NCBI GenBank assembly: GCA_904063045.1
Contig: CAJFCJ010000002.1
Location: 2,661,891-2,725,890, forward strand
Direction: 5' to 3'
DNA from: Dimorphilus gyrociliatus
Taxonomy: Eukaryota; Animalia; Annelida
Length of the DNA stretch: 64,000 nt
A model generated the notes under the pieces. The model searched no databases, was not told the DNA's origin, and saw nothing but the letters and a program-made list of their open reading frames with translations. The translations under genes were made by a program, and so were the position numbers. Positions 15,020 through 28,600 of the stretch are shown piece by piece; position 1 is the first letter of the stretch, and each line of letters starts with the position of its first letter.

Positions 15020-16338
15020 CTTAGCTACAAATATACTGTTAGCTAAATGAAAACTAAAAGAGCAGTAAATCGTAAAAGTTTCACAAATATTTACGCTCTT
15101 TCTCAAGTCTATCTAGACTCCCAGTAGTTGACTGAATTACGTAGGCCTACAAAGCTGAATCAACATTCAGCATTCAGTATTGAACATGTTCCCTTCCCGA
15201 CATTCCCTTCCATTCACAACAATATACAATTTTTTGATAAGGGTGTATCACGAAAAGGTCATTTTGAAAAATAATAACCAGATAGAATGACAGAATAGTA
15301 GTAGCCATTCAAGACTCACACCGTGAAATGAATCGTTTTCAATAAGTTTCCGTTCTTACTATATATTGTATATATACAGACGTAATAAATTTTGGCTTTA
15401 CAAACTGTTATATAACAACATACATTGTCCTAATTTATATAGATGACTTCGTGCCTTGCAATATTCATTTATAATATTTAATGATTTTATTATTAGATTA
15501 AGCCTGAGTATCATGAATTTAATTATAATAATTTAATAAATTATTAATAAAATAATTTTCCATTATTCTCTTCTTTTATTCCATTCAATTTTAATTATGT
15601 TATGAAAATAAATCTTTATTCAAGTTATATTATTTAAACGTTTGGCCTATTTAACAGAATTCATAGATGTAGCGGAGGAATAGATATTCAATGTCATTGT
15701 TGCGTCAATGCCATAGACTAAAATGACTAAATAGCTAATAGAAGAAACTGCCAAAAATATTACGCAGTTGCCTAAAAAAATGAAGACTTACGTATGCAAA
15801 TATTTTTGGGTTTTCCTTTTTTTTTTACTCCGTCAAATACGCAAAAACAAATTACTTTCGTAAGTACTTTTATTCAATTTCAAGAGGCGGTACTTGTTGA
15901 AGGAAATACACGGTGCTGCATCCTTTGTATCATCTATGCGCATGAATGAATGCGTACATGTATTCATTTAATTACATCTTTATATAATTTTGCAGGACAC
16001 ACGTTCTCTCAGAAATATCGGCCCTCCTATTTGTTATATATCCCTCCCTTTTCTCTTTATCCACTCCTCCTCTACCATTCTCCGCTAATATTTATCATTT
16101 ATGCGTATCGTCATTCAAAGTATGCATGTATTATACCTATAATAATAAAAAAATGAAAGTTACCCATTAAACTTTAACCCAACTTTTTTCAAGAAAAAAC
16201 TCATTAATTAAATAATTTACAAACTGATGAATATCCTTAAAATGCCTACAATAAAACAACAATCATTACACTATTAAATATTTCCTTTTCTTCTCTTTTT
16301 CATTTTACTAATAGATATTTTTTCTTTTTTTCTTCGTT

Positions 16339-16410
16339 CTTCTCTCTATCTCTCTTTCTCTCTCTCACTCACACACTCTCTCTCTCTGTCTCTCTGTCTC
16401 TCCGTCTCCC
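16339..16410. repeat. (CT)n-rich microsatellite
   Basis: tctctctatctctctttctctctctcactcacacactctctctctctgtctctctgtctc. Confidence 0.8.
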
Positions 16411-18551
16411 TCTATTCATCCCTATCTATCTCATTCCATTAGCATCACAGTTAATATAGACATTCTCGTATAATAAATAAAATTTACAGAGTTAGAAATA
16501 AACTACGAAATGAACTTTCGGTTTTTTTTAATTCCATATTTCTATATTTTCATGTGAAAATTTTATTTTTCCTATTGCCACTTTCTTTCGTTTTTTTTTA
16601 AAAAAAAAAGTTAACTTTTAGAATATATTAGTGGAAAATAATAAAGAGTAAATAATCCACAGCCAAAGAATTAATGATTGTTCACGTATATAGTAAAGTT
16701 TTTAAAGAGGATTCTCAATGCAAATGATTCGTTTATATGATATACATTCCTCTCTTCTATATGTGCATACGCATTTGGGGATTTAAGCGTTGAACAGAAA
16801 AAAAAGGATTAAAGAACTTTTTTCTAAAACCTTTTTTTTTATTAAAGTTTGTCAAAAAAATTTTGTCACAGTTTTTGAATTAATCTTGAAAATTTATGGA
16901 TTAAGATAAAAAAAAACATTTTCTTATCGGCTTCAGAGATAACGAAGGGTAATTTAGAAAAATAAAACTTATTTATAAATCTTACGTAAATCGTACTTAG
17001 AGTAAAAAGAAATTTGACTTGGATATAAAAATTTGCGTCGGAATTCCAGAGGGCGGTAAAGTATACTAGGCTCAGCCAATCACCAACAATCCTCAGACAA
17101 CCGATACGATTACGCCATTACATTTGTCCTTGTTCGATTTTTCAAAAAGACTTTCCCAAAGGTGCTATTTTTACTTTTACAAAATACTAAACTTACGTAA
17201 TAGCATCTACGTTATATTTGATTTAAATAAGAATTTTGAACCGTTCTTAATACCTCGCTAAAATTTTGTCGAAATAGTTTTAAGCTCTTGTTAAATACAA
17301 TTCAACAATTCAACAACATAAGATTTTACTGCTTACGTACATTTTCTATTTTATTTTTTTTACGTAATATATAGTAACCTAATACTTTTATCCCAAATTC
17401 TATTGACCAATTAACATATCAATTTTTTTCGCTTTTTACAGCATTCGTGCAATTTAATATATACAAATATATTCGCTATATGAATATATTTTATTTCCTT
17501 TATAAAATTTAAGCTAAAAACTAAATATTTAATAATTTCTTTATTTTTAATTTTATAAGAAAATAATGAAAATTCTCATATATTCTTCTTTTTTCAGTTG
17601 TAGATTCTGATGAAATCTTTACTCTCCGATTTGGTAGAATGTAAGAGATATAGATAGACAGACAGAAGGAGAGAGAGAAAGAAGAATTATAATTTCTTCT
17701 CTATATTAAGAATTATAAATAGGGTACAGAGAGGAAAGGGGAGGGCGGGAGAGAAAGAAGAAACTCAGTTATTAACAAATTCCAGCACATTCCCCTAATT
17801 GAGAATGAAATGTCGGGCGGAGGGAGGTGGGGGGGGAGCTAACAGAGAAAAAAAAAAGAACGAAGATAGAGAAACGGCGATAGGCAATTGTCGAAACAAA
17901 AAGTTAATAAATTATTATACTTGAAAAAGATTTCTTTCTTATTCTTAGCTTATAATAAAAAAAAATATAGGAATATTTTCAAATTTTTATGAAAATGTTA
18001 ACTTTTATTTACTTTAATACTTGTAAATAAGTTGTTGATATGAAATTTTAGGCCTTAGTGTTGTGTTTGCCTAGTAATTTAAGTAATACTTTATAGTAAT
18101 GAAAATGTTAAAGAAATATTATAATTCTAGAGTTTTTTTCTTCTTCTCCATTGTCACTTTCTATTGCTCATTCCAATCAAGATATCTAGTTCTTTCTCAG
18201 GTTTCTATTTATAAATAAATTACGATATATGCGTTTTTATATACATATGTAATTGTATAAAAAGCTATCTAAAAAACAAATAAGGCTACAAATTCCCTGT
18301 GTTATTCCATTATGTATATTCTGTAACAAGTGAACTGCTTCCCTTGTAAAAATGTAATATAATTGAAATGTCAGATTGTTTGTAATTACATATAATTCAA
18401 AGTTTTGCCTGTTTTTTTCTAATATATAAGTGATAACGAATTTTTTATATCCGGCCAATAGTGCCAAGTTTATTTCTATCAATAAATTTGACATTTGTTT
18501 GACAACACCTTTTTTCTTCCGGGACAAACCACGTACACACATATATATATA

Positions 18552-18554
<3 letters not shown>

Positions 18555-18594
<40 letters not shown>
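18555..18594. repeat. (TA)n microsatellite
   Basis: About 20 uninterrupted TA units. Confidence 0.95.
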
Positions 18595-18598
<4 letters not shown>

Positions 18599-19164
18599 TA
18601 CATTCACGTATTCTTATACATATACACTCATAGAGTATATTTTATATACAGTAAGTGTACATATACGTAAAATATACATGATATCTTATGAATATCCCTT
18701 TTGTTTCTTATCTCTTTACAGGAAAGAATGTAAAAGTTCTTCGTATGTTTCATACGTAACATGATTTAAAGAATTGAACAGAAGGAAAAAACTCTCTGAC
18801 AAACTAATTTTTTAATTTCATTAAAATATATCATACGAAAAAATATAGTTAAATTTTAAAAGCATATCCGTATCATTCCATTGAAGATAAAGTATATCTG
18901 TATAATTATCTCAAATTACCGCCATGAAGCACATGATGTAGGCCTGTTAACCGGGATACATATATACATATATGTATAAATAAATATTGTAGTTCGTATA
19001 TCCTTATTTGTGTCACATAGAATGAGAAGAAGCTGAGATAATAGGAGAGAAAATGAGAGATTGAGCGAATGTGAAGAGAGCATATGAGAGTTGATGAGAA
19101 ATGAGAGCGAATGAGTGAATGAATCTTCTTTCGATATTAATCCTTAACAATTAGTTTTCATAAA

Positions 19165-20801
19165 TCAGCTATTATTGTGGGCGTCGAAGGAATAGACCTG
19201 TGTTGGATCAGTTGAAACTAGGGCACTTGGCGGCGATGTTGCATACTTTGGTGACCTTGCTGGTGATCTAACAGGACTTGAGGCAGCGGTCGAATCAGCT
19301 GACCTAATTACCGTCAAGTCTTTCCTTTTGTGCTTACACCGGTAATCGTGTTTATCTCCATCTTTAGATGGCAATTTAATTTTAATAATTAATGAGTTTT
19401 GCTTAGCGGGAGGTCGACAGGAGACAGTAGGAATAGAGAGATGAGACGTTAATTTTTCTTCCTTTTGTTTTTGGCGATGATAATTTAACAGGCCTACAAT
19501 TTTTTTGGGATGATTGGATTTTTTGTTTGAGCTTGCAATGGAAGCTGTCAAAGATGATTCTCTGGCAGAATTCGGAAGAGCTTTTTTGATTTCCTCTTCT
19601 AAATTTGAGGTGGCTTCTGCCAAAGATTTCTCTTCCCTCAGCCGCAAGGTTTCTGCTAATTTATTAACCTTTGACCCTGAGGGTTCTTTAGATTTTTCAG
19701 CTGCTGACAGCCGTTTTGCCGCTCTTCGCTGAGGACGAATTTCGTCGGACATGATAGCTCTTATAGTATAATCCGTTTTTGACTTTTTAAGATCCTTTGA
19801 TGAGTTCTCCATCTCTTCATCCATCTCGTCAATAGGTGGCGATACCGATTGTGACGGTGTCTTTGAAGTAGGCTGAGCATCCGAGTGGCAATTCGATTTC
19901 TTTTCGCCTTCTTCACTCTTTTTTCGACGGGAGGCTTCGGGCGATGCCTTTCTTTTACTAGCCGTTTTGCGTGCGTTCTTGGGCGTAACCGGAAGAGAGA
20001 GGGGAAGGGGCTGTGCAGTGTCCTTTTCTATTTCGTCCACCGTAAAGTTAAGATGAAAAGGTTCCACCTGCAATGATAATAATTTAGTAATTAGACTCTC
20101 ATAATTTCTCTCGAACGAACAATATGCGAGAAGGGGTACAAAGAGAGAAAACAAAAGAAATCGATAGAGGTTTCGACAACAACTAATCATGCAAGTATGT
20201 TTTTCTTGACCCTTTTTTTTATCGCGTGATAAGACACGAATGCGAAATAATTGGGCAAGAAGCTGCGCCTCGCCTGTTAAGTCGATAAATTACGGAATTC
20301 GTTACGTAATAAGCCTCATTCAGCACATATTTTTTCCCAGCAAATTGGCAATTAACCTTCTTCAGGAAGAGTTTATATACTTTCTATCCAATGTATTAAA
20401 CATAGAATAACGATGAGAGCAATATTTTTTAAACGATCTCTCCTTAATGTTTATTCATGAGATACACTTTTAATATGCCATCATTTCCTATCAACATTAC
20501 ATCTATCTTCTATAAAGCTGTCTACTCTATGGACTCTGGCCGTTTAACATAGAATGAGAAAATATATTTATATTATAAAATCTACTGCTTGTTTTCCCTT
20601 CGGTATTTTTTCCCTTTAAAACATTTACCCGCCTATTGGGTGCGCTTATTCTCAAAAAATTTTCTGCTTATTTTACTTAATAAAAAAAGAATGAAGGTAT
20701 CAATTACACTTGGGTGAATAGGAAGAGAAATATTAAAAAAGGGCTTCAACCCAATAAATAAACAGATAAATAAAAGCAAATAAATAATAATACATATACA
20801 G

Positions 20802-20832
<31 letters not shown>

Positions 20833-22632
20833 CTAGAGAGAGTATAAGTTAAATAATCTAACTGACCCCTGTCCATCCAAAAATAACCGCACAATCGAGT
20901 ATTGTATTCGCGTCGACTAATGGTTCTTCAAACGCGTGAAAGATGTCAATCTGAAAAAAATATATTTTTTTTCCTTTTCAGTAAATTTAATGGAAGGCCA
21001 ATTTTCAAATTATATTTACATCTATCTTGTCATTCAATGTGAATTTCCTCCTTATGAACTTTTTTAGCTGTTCAATCGTCATTGTAACAGGGCATTTCAA
21101 GTAACGTTTGTAATCATAGAGAGTCTGTTTAAGTGGAAGATATTTTTTTTTGTATTATTATTAATATTAATTTTAATTGAGTGCAACAAGTGAAAATTTT
21201 TATATAAAGGAATTCTCTTTCACTTTCTTTTTCTTTTTTTTTGTATATATATATTTGAGAATAAAAAAAAATATTTCAAAACTTTGGAGCATACCTGATT
21301 ATTTTCTTTACATTCCAAACAGATAGACATTTGAGGAATTTCCTCTTCGTCCGCCTCTTCATCTCTTCCACAACCTAATCATTGGCGTAAAAAGAATAAG
21401 AAAAAATGTGAAGAAAAATATATGTAAATTTTATGTAAAATTTAAACATACTCTTTTGGATGCGTTGAAATCTCCGCCTTTGAAGAAATTCTCTTGTTGC
21501 CAGGCCAGGCACAAGCTGGAAGACGATTTTTTGCAATGTTAAATCCAATCTGTTCAATTGGGAAGAAAAAAAAATACCATTATAGTGTATCTCAAAAGAT
21601 AATCTCTGTAACAAATAGGTAGAAACCTATTTAAGAGTATAAAAAAAAACAGCTATCAATTTTTAAGTGTTTGATTACACCTTCAAAGGTCTACTTTTCA
21701 CTTGAATAAAGAGTATATTATATTATATAAATGAAGTCTTATCGTACGTTATTATCGAACCTTTCTTTTTTTAGCAAAATATAATATCTTTTACAATAGT
21801 TACAATGTAGAAAAAAAGGCTAGCGATCAGATTGCCCGAAAAAGTCTAATACTAGCCAAATAAAGAAAAAATCAAGGAGTTAGAAGAGAGAGAGAGAGAG
21901 AGAGAGGGGGGGGAGGGTGGGAGAAAGAACACTATGCATATAGTAAATAATAGAGATATCAACATCTTAAAGAAATTTTCAAACCATAGACGAAATTCAA
22001 TACGCTCGAAAAAAACGAATTTTTGTACTATAACATCTGTTCGGAACTTGCGTCAACAAACGGCTACGTTAAGGCGTTATATTTGTACATAAGTCTATAC
22101 ACGCGTGTACGTGCGCGTTATATATTTAGACAATAAAAAAAGGTGCCGGGTGAAAGACAGAGGGAGAATGGAAAATGTGCGATAGAGAGAATGGAGAGGG
22201 CAAAAAAAAAGCTTTAAGAGGGCGAATAGGGGTGAAGAAGATGGGTAGAAAAAAAAGAGCTAGCGTTAACATTCAATACCAACCTCAGACTTTCCCATGG
22301 CCTGGTCTCGTGTAATTTAACGTCGCAAATAGGGCAAATACGACTAGTCTCCACGAATCTCATAATACACGACCGGCAAACTGAAAAAGTAAGTAAAAAA
22401 AGGCACGCGTTAAAAGAAATGCTATTATCAAGGTGGATATTCAAGAATACGTGTAGGTGATTGCATAACTTGTGTCCTGAAACTGGAGCTTTTTATACTT
22501 ACAAGAATGATGGCACTCGGTAATTGAAGTTGCGTTAATCAGATACCCCCCACAGAGGGCGCACATAATGCTCTCGTTCAGGCTCGAGATTTGAATTTGC
22601 CGAACCGGATGCCCCTTCCCGTCTCTGTCCAT
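19165..22632 (-). CDS. PCGF-A: BMI1/Psc-like RING + RAWUL protein with long basic disordered C-terminal region (~498 aa); exons 22632-22503, 22380-22284, 21549-21452, 21374-21295, 21124-21020, 20950-20867, 20067-19165
   Basis: C3HC4 RING CALCGGYLINATSITECHHS|FCRSC...CPICDVKLHETRP, then LDLTLQKIVFQLVPGL and RAWUL RYLKCPVTMTIEQLKKFIRRKF...IDIFH...WTG|VEPFHLNFTV. Exon lengths 130/97/98/80/105/84/903 are phase-compatible and sum to 1497 nt. Confidence 0.88.
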
Positions 22633-25600
22633 TTTTTAATAGACGCCTGCTGAATAAGAGTTTACGTTAGTAATGTGAAGAAAAAAAGAAAACAGTTAGG
22701 CGAACTAAAATGATAGGAAGCACGTAGACATCCGCTGACATAAATTTTTTTAATTATATAATACAAACCGACGGAACAATCCTGTTAGTCATGCATGAAA
22801 CAGTTTGCACAACCGCATGACAAACGAGCGCGCGCAGTAAACCATGTGTACGCTATATATTAAACGCCTTTTACAGTCTACGTGATTAGGGATACGGGTG
22901 TCTGTATTTGGGAGAAAGGGACAAAAGACTACATTTCTGAGATTTTAGCATTAAAACTATATAATTTCAAAAGTGCTCCAACTGCGACGCGAAATCACGT
23001 GATCAAATATGACTTTGCTCTAGTATACTATTGTGAATTTTGCAACAATGTAGCCCCGAAAGTGTTCAAATATATGTGTAGTGGGTAGAAGTATTTAACA
23101 ATTGAACAGTATAATCACATAGTACTTCGTACTACGATAACTTGAACATTGAATGTACGGCGAAAGTGGTATAAATTGTTAAAAGCGATACAAAGGCTGA
23201 GTTTGTGAATAATTCAATCTAAATCCAGATTAACAGAACGCCTTTGAGAGAGAATAAACTGGTGACGTCATAGGATACGAAGTGTTCGTCACGGAAAATT
23301 TTCGTTTGAGAAAGGGAGAACTCCAGAGAACAAATTAATTATGCAAATCTATGCTAGTTTAGATATATGAGAGAGGAGCGACGCATCGACTTTCCAATGA
23401 ACATCTAATACAGTGAATAAATATTGGTATAATATATAGGGTCAGAGGCCAAACACCAATAAGGAGAAGCATATGTTAACATTATATGAAAAAACGTTAG
23501 AATCCCATACCGCTTTGTAATTACGTCTCCTGCGCACAATTGTCTGAGCTCACATATTCAGAAACCCATTCAATCGATAAGGCACGTGACTCTTCACTTT
23601 AATTTAACCCGACGTCATCCGTGAACTAATCACTTGGTGGCGATTTATCACGCTGCATAAACCAGTCTACGCTTATTAGTAGTTCAAATTGAAAATTGTA
23701 TGATCAATGAGCTCGCTAATGATAGCTTTTCTATCATTCATCTCACATCCTAATACAGTACAGAATTTAAATAATAATTAATAGAAAACATTTTTTATGC
23801 ATATATTATGGTTAATTAATCAAAATATAATAATGTGATAAAGGCTTATATAAATAAAATAAGTATAGATCTCCATAAAGGCATATATATACTTTTATCC
23901 TTAACACCATCTGCTCGGAATTTCCTTTCGCCTCAACTCTCGGGAATTAACTATAATGTCTTTCCTAAATGCGATGATCAATGGAAAACCATTAGTTAAT
24001 ATATAATAGCCTTGTACACTCGACTCGATCGGTTGTTTAGTAGAAAGCGGAAAAAAGCTAATAAATATTCATAAGATAAATTGTCCAAGTACGCCTACAT
24101 AAACGTTCAATTGAACCATATAACGACCACACACAAACGTAAACTGGTCACGGGCCAGAAAGAAAAGAAAAATATATACCACAAATCGATTGTAAAAAGA
24201 AATATGAGATAGTTGCAAACTAATACCGACCAAAGCAAACAATAGGCCTACTTTTGATTGGCATGCTCTTCTTTCTCTAATCCCTTTGATGCCACCGACA
24301 TCTTCCAAACACACCTGTTACGTTCAAACGAAAGTTCGAATCGAAATCGAAGCGTACCTCCATACTATCGTAATTAGTAAATTTTATTGACCAAAGTTTA
24401 ACCACACCCATATAAGGTAAACAAAGGAGGAAAAAGTAAATTTTATCTCCAAATAAATACAAATAAATCCAGCGTTAGCCATGACTATTTATTGTTCGAT
24501 AATCACCACCTTGTGCTTTCATTAATCGAACTAGCCCTAAATAAGCGTCGTTCAACAACTGCTGGCAATGAATGTAAGCGTGGTGGTGGGTTTGACGTTT
24601 TCAAAAAAAGGGTTAAGAGAAATAAAAGAAAAGAAAAGTGGAAAAAAATTCCTTCCTTTTTATAGTGTCAAAACACCCGTATAGTATTTTAAACAGTGGT
24701 CTGGCGTTTGGTGGTATCCTGAACGAAGACTAATCCCCTCTAGTAGATTTTAAAGTGTTAAAGTTGGTACAGCAACGTAGCAAGGGGACCAATTAGCTAT
24801 TAGCCTATACAAGGATACCCTAAGGCCAGATTTTCGAGCTCTAGTATAATGCAAGGTGGACAATGTCCACCATTTTCACCTAGCCCCCGCTTTCAACGCT
24901 ATAAATAAATATTTACTACTTATATAGATCCTTCTGGCGCCAATATAGCATTTATACCATCCACTTCAATAAATATATATATATATATATATATGTGTGT
25001 GTAAGAGAGAGTGTGTGTGTATGTGTACTAAATACGAAAATCGATTTAGATAAATATGTTTGAATATTTTCGTACATTACGTATATACGACATATAAATA
25101 TCTATATGTTATATACGATATATCGTGCGGTATATATTTAAAGACCGGTCGACTTAACCTCTTCCAATATCAACATTGTCAATATGAACAATTCTTTTGA
25201 CTTGTAAATAGAGAAAATAGTAAAATTTTCCAGTCTGTCAACTAATCTATTGGAGCTATCGTATGGATTTGAGGATGAACAATAACACCTTACTAATAAC
25301 TGGATACGCTATATAATTATATTGAATGTAATATTTTCTTATTACATAATAATGCTGTACATACGTTGTACACACGTACTGGCTCTCCTATCAGCGGCTA
25401 ATTGGTATATTTACAGTGTCACAGCCTGTTTGTCTGTAACTGTATTTAGTCTTTGATCACGTGATTATCTAACACGATATTGGCGGGATTGAGTATGGAT
25501 TGAATGATTGGAAAATTTTTTCAGGGTTGTTAATTATATAAAATTGCCCTAAAACGAATCGTCGTTCTATTGCGCCAATACTATGTTTACTGCTTTAGAA

Positions 25601-28600
25601 ATAGACGATGGTTATCAGTCTCTATCATAATTATAGAATACTAATTTAGAAAGCGAACACAAGGTAAAGAAAGAGCTTATTCGCGCTAGTAGCCTATGGG
25701 TATTCCACTGACAGCTAACGTATAGAATATACAATGCGTTCGAAAAAAAAAAATATGAGAATACACGCAAAATATAAAGTGTACATAGAAGAAAAATTCG
25801 ACGCCCGTCGCGCGCCACTACCAATCTGAACCGGAAGTAACGCGGCGTTACCTTGGAAACGTCACTACTGGTTGACGTCGATAGAAACCGTGACGCAACC
25901 GGCAATTGACTGCAACGAATTTCTAATCTGCATATTGATAAGAGAAGAATATGTACAAATTGGAGAGTGACGTAAGGCGATCATCGTTATACATGTATTA
26001 TAAAAACTGTACATCTGTAGTTGCCGAATTAACATGGTGTAAAAGGGTGGAAAACCCCCCGCAAAGTCCGATTTGTATGAAATTGATTAATTATACCAAG
26101 TCCAACTGACGTCGCTAGGAAACTGAAAGAGTAAAATGCCCGTAATCAACGACAAAAAGTTTCGTGCAGCTATATACCTGCAATCGATACGGCAAAAACT
26201 GCAGTCGCCATTGCGGCATAGCAATGAAGAGTGTAATTTTGCGTCGATATCTTGGCATAAATCGCCTATTATATCGGCAAAACTCTTTGCAATAAAATAC
26301 AGTCGGATGTGCAACGCCCTTCGGCCATGATTGTTTCGGGGATTTAGGGGATTTGTCTACCCGCTGATAAGGCGTCTAGCGACGCCCCGTCGTACCGAGT
26401 TATTGACTTTGACGTCACTTTCAAAATTGCTTTCTTCGTCTATAAGTTCATTTCCTCTAAAAATCCTCTTGAAAATTTCTGACATCGTGAGACAAAACCT
26501 ACAACTAATTATCTTATGTAATTCTGCTGTTTGATACGATCTCATCCTGTTATGCAAACAATACAGTCAAAAATGGGCTACACAATGGTATATATATACA
26601 TATAAATATATGTGAACAAATTCATCCCCCACTTTTTATTACGTCATTGCGAGAAAATGTATACGTTTGGTGTAATGAGCGAAAGAGGGCAAATAAGGGT
26701 GTCGATTGCCATTAACTTGGCAGCGTTCGAACGAACGTCTAGACCCGAGGCTTCGAAAGACGAATAAATGCGGTCACGTGACGATGAATAAGTAGGGTAG
26801 ATAAGAGCGAAAACACCCTATAGAATAAACTAACTCGCATCATGCAGCTCAATTAAGAGCATGGCAAAACGAACATCTCCCACCCAGCCGCTAAGCACCA
26901 AACACACCTGCTAAAAAGCTTCAAAATTCCAACCGAGTCGGCAATATAGAATTTCGACGCTGATATTTTGCGTCTGACAAACAAGCCGAGTAAATGCTGA
27001 AAAAAATACACATAAACTCGTACTATACACGATTCCCTTCCGTCGTGCATAAACTGTGAGGTGGGAAACTAGCCGTAGAAGGCGACAAAAATTGACGTGC
27101 TAGCTGCCTGACAAACAAGCTCGCATCCGTTAGAAAACAACACACTATAAAGCGTTCGTTATAAACCCTATAGAAACGACAAACGAAAGCTTATAAAACA
27201 AGAATTTTTTTTCTACTGTCATTTAAGCCTATTTTTCATGAAGAAGCGTAACATGACTGTTTGTCACGCAACAATGCGCCGTAAGATAAAATCAAAAAAA
27301 AAAAAAATTTGATAACAAATAGTAGAAAATACTGACAGGCTACAGTTTGTCTTCTTTTAAAGATTAAGTATAAATCTATAGACAAACACCAAAGCCTTAA
27401 TAAACTAGAATACGAGTAAACAATGAGCTTCTTGTAGATAACCGAAGACAGCCATATAAATTATCTATAGACTGTTTATATACAATACAATATATTCTGC
27501 TTGTAATCAGTATACGTCTATGCATACACGTCTACAAACGCAAAACTATTGGAAATTCCGCTCTGCGCCTCAGACAGACCAGTCATGCATACCTTTCATT
27601 ATCCGCATATAAATTATACAGATTTTTCGGCACTTTCAGCCCCTATTTCAATATGCTACTCAAGACGACAAAATAATCGTGCAGTAAGAGAAAAGTAGTG
27701 AAGAAAAACTTCGAATAAATAAAGTTTATCAATATAATAAAAATATATAAAAGTAATATAATAAGAAAACACAAAATCATGTATTAGTATGCAGAATCAC
27801 AATGCAAGAGACTTCTATGACATAGCCTGTTTTATCTCGAGCACCTTTTACGCACGCGCGTGCTCGGCATCAAAGAGCGAGACGCCGATAATGTATAAAA
27901 AAAAAAGAAGCATGGAACAGATAGAAAGAAAAGAATCGAATAGACGAACAAATTTTTCTCTTTGTAGCTTCTTCATTTTATTTATATGGATAATATTAGT
28001 GAGCACGCTAACTTATCTTGTAGGCCTAAAAATACACACACGCGTAAAAACGTTTCTTCAATTAAGGCGCATGTCTATCGAAAACGAATCAGCAGCCCGC
28101 CTGCACCACCTGCGTCGTGGCAGTAACATCTGCAAAATTTTGCAGCAGCCCCCAACTGCAACAATCTAATCTATACGGAGTACTCAATTAGCCGTTGGGC
28201 TGAGTCGATCAATTAGGCGAGGTCGAATTGAAGGTGAAATACATATATTATATATTGAGCTAGTACGTACCAATCGATTATCTCCAATGTTCAGTTCACT
28301 AAGATCGTATCTCAAATGTCCCCTATGTAAGCATAGTGCACGCAACAATGTTCAGCGCATACAAACCTCTCGTATATCAGTTATAAAAAGAAGGGAAAAA
28401 ACTAGATTGGTTATATTTTAAGAGTTGAACAAAAAAAAAAAGTAGTTGGACCTTAACAAAAGAGAGAGAGACTATCTCCTAAAAAAGTTGACTATAAGTT
28501 AGTATAATAAAAAAAATCGTCATATTAATTTTTATGCATCATTAACTAACAATTAGACCGTATGAGAAGTTTTGATGAAAGATGGAAATTTAATCGATTC

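Noticed and set aside
25417-25438. TCACAGCC, a miR-2-like seed
   Set aside because: No complementary arm nearby, so no pre-miRNA hairpin.
27789-28169. 126-aa plus-strand ORF with a hydrophobic stretch
   Set aside because: Composition reflects A/T runs; there is no domain or splice support.
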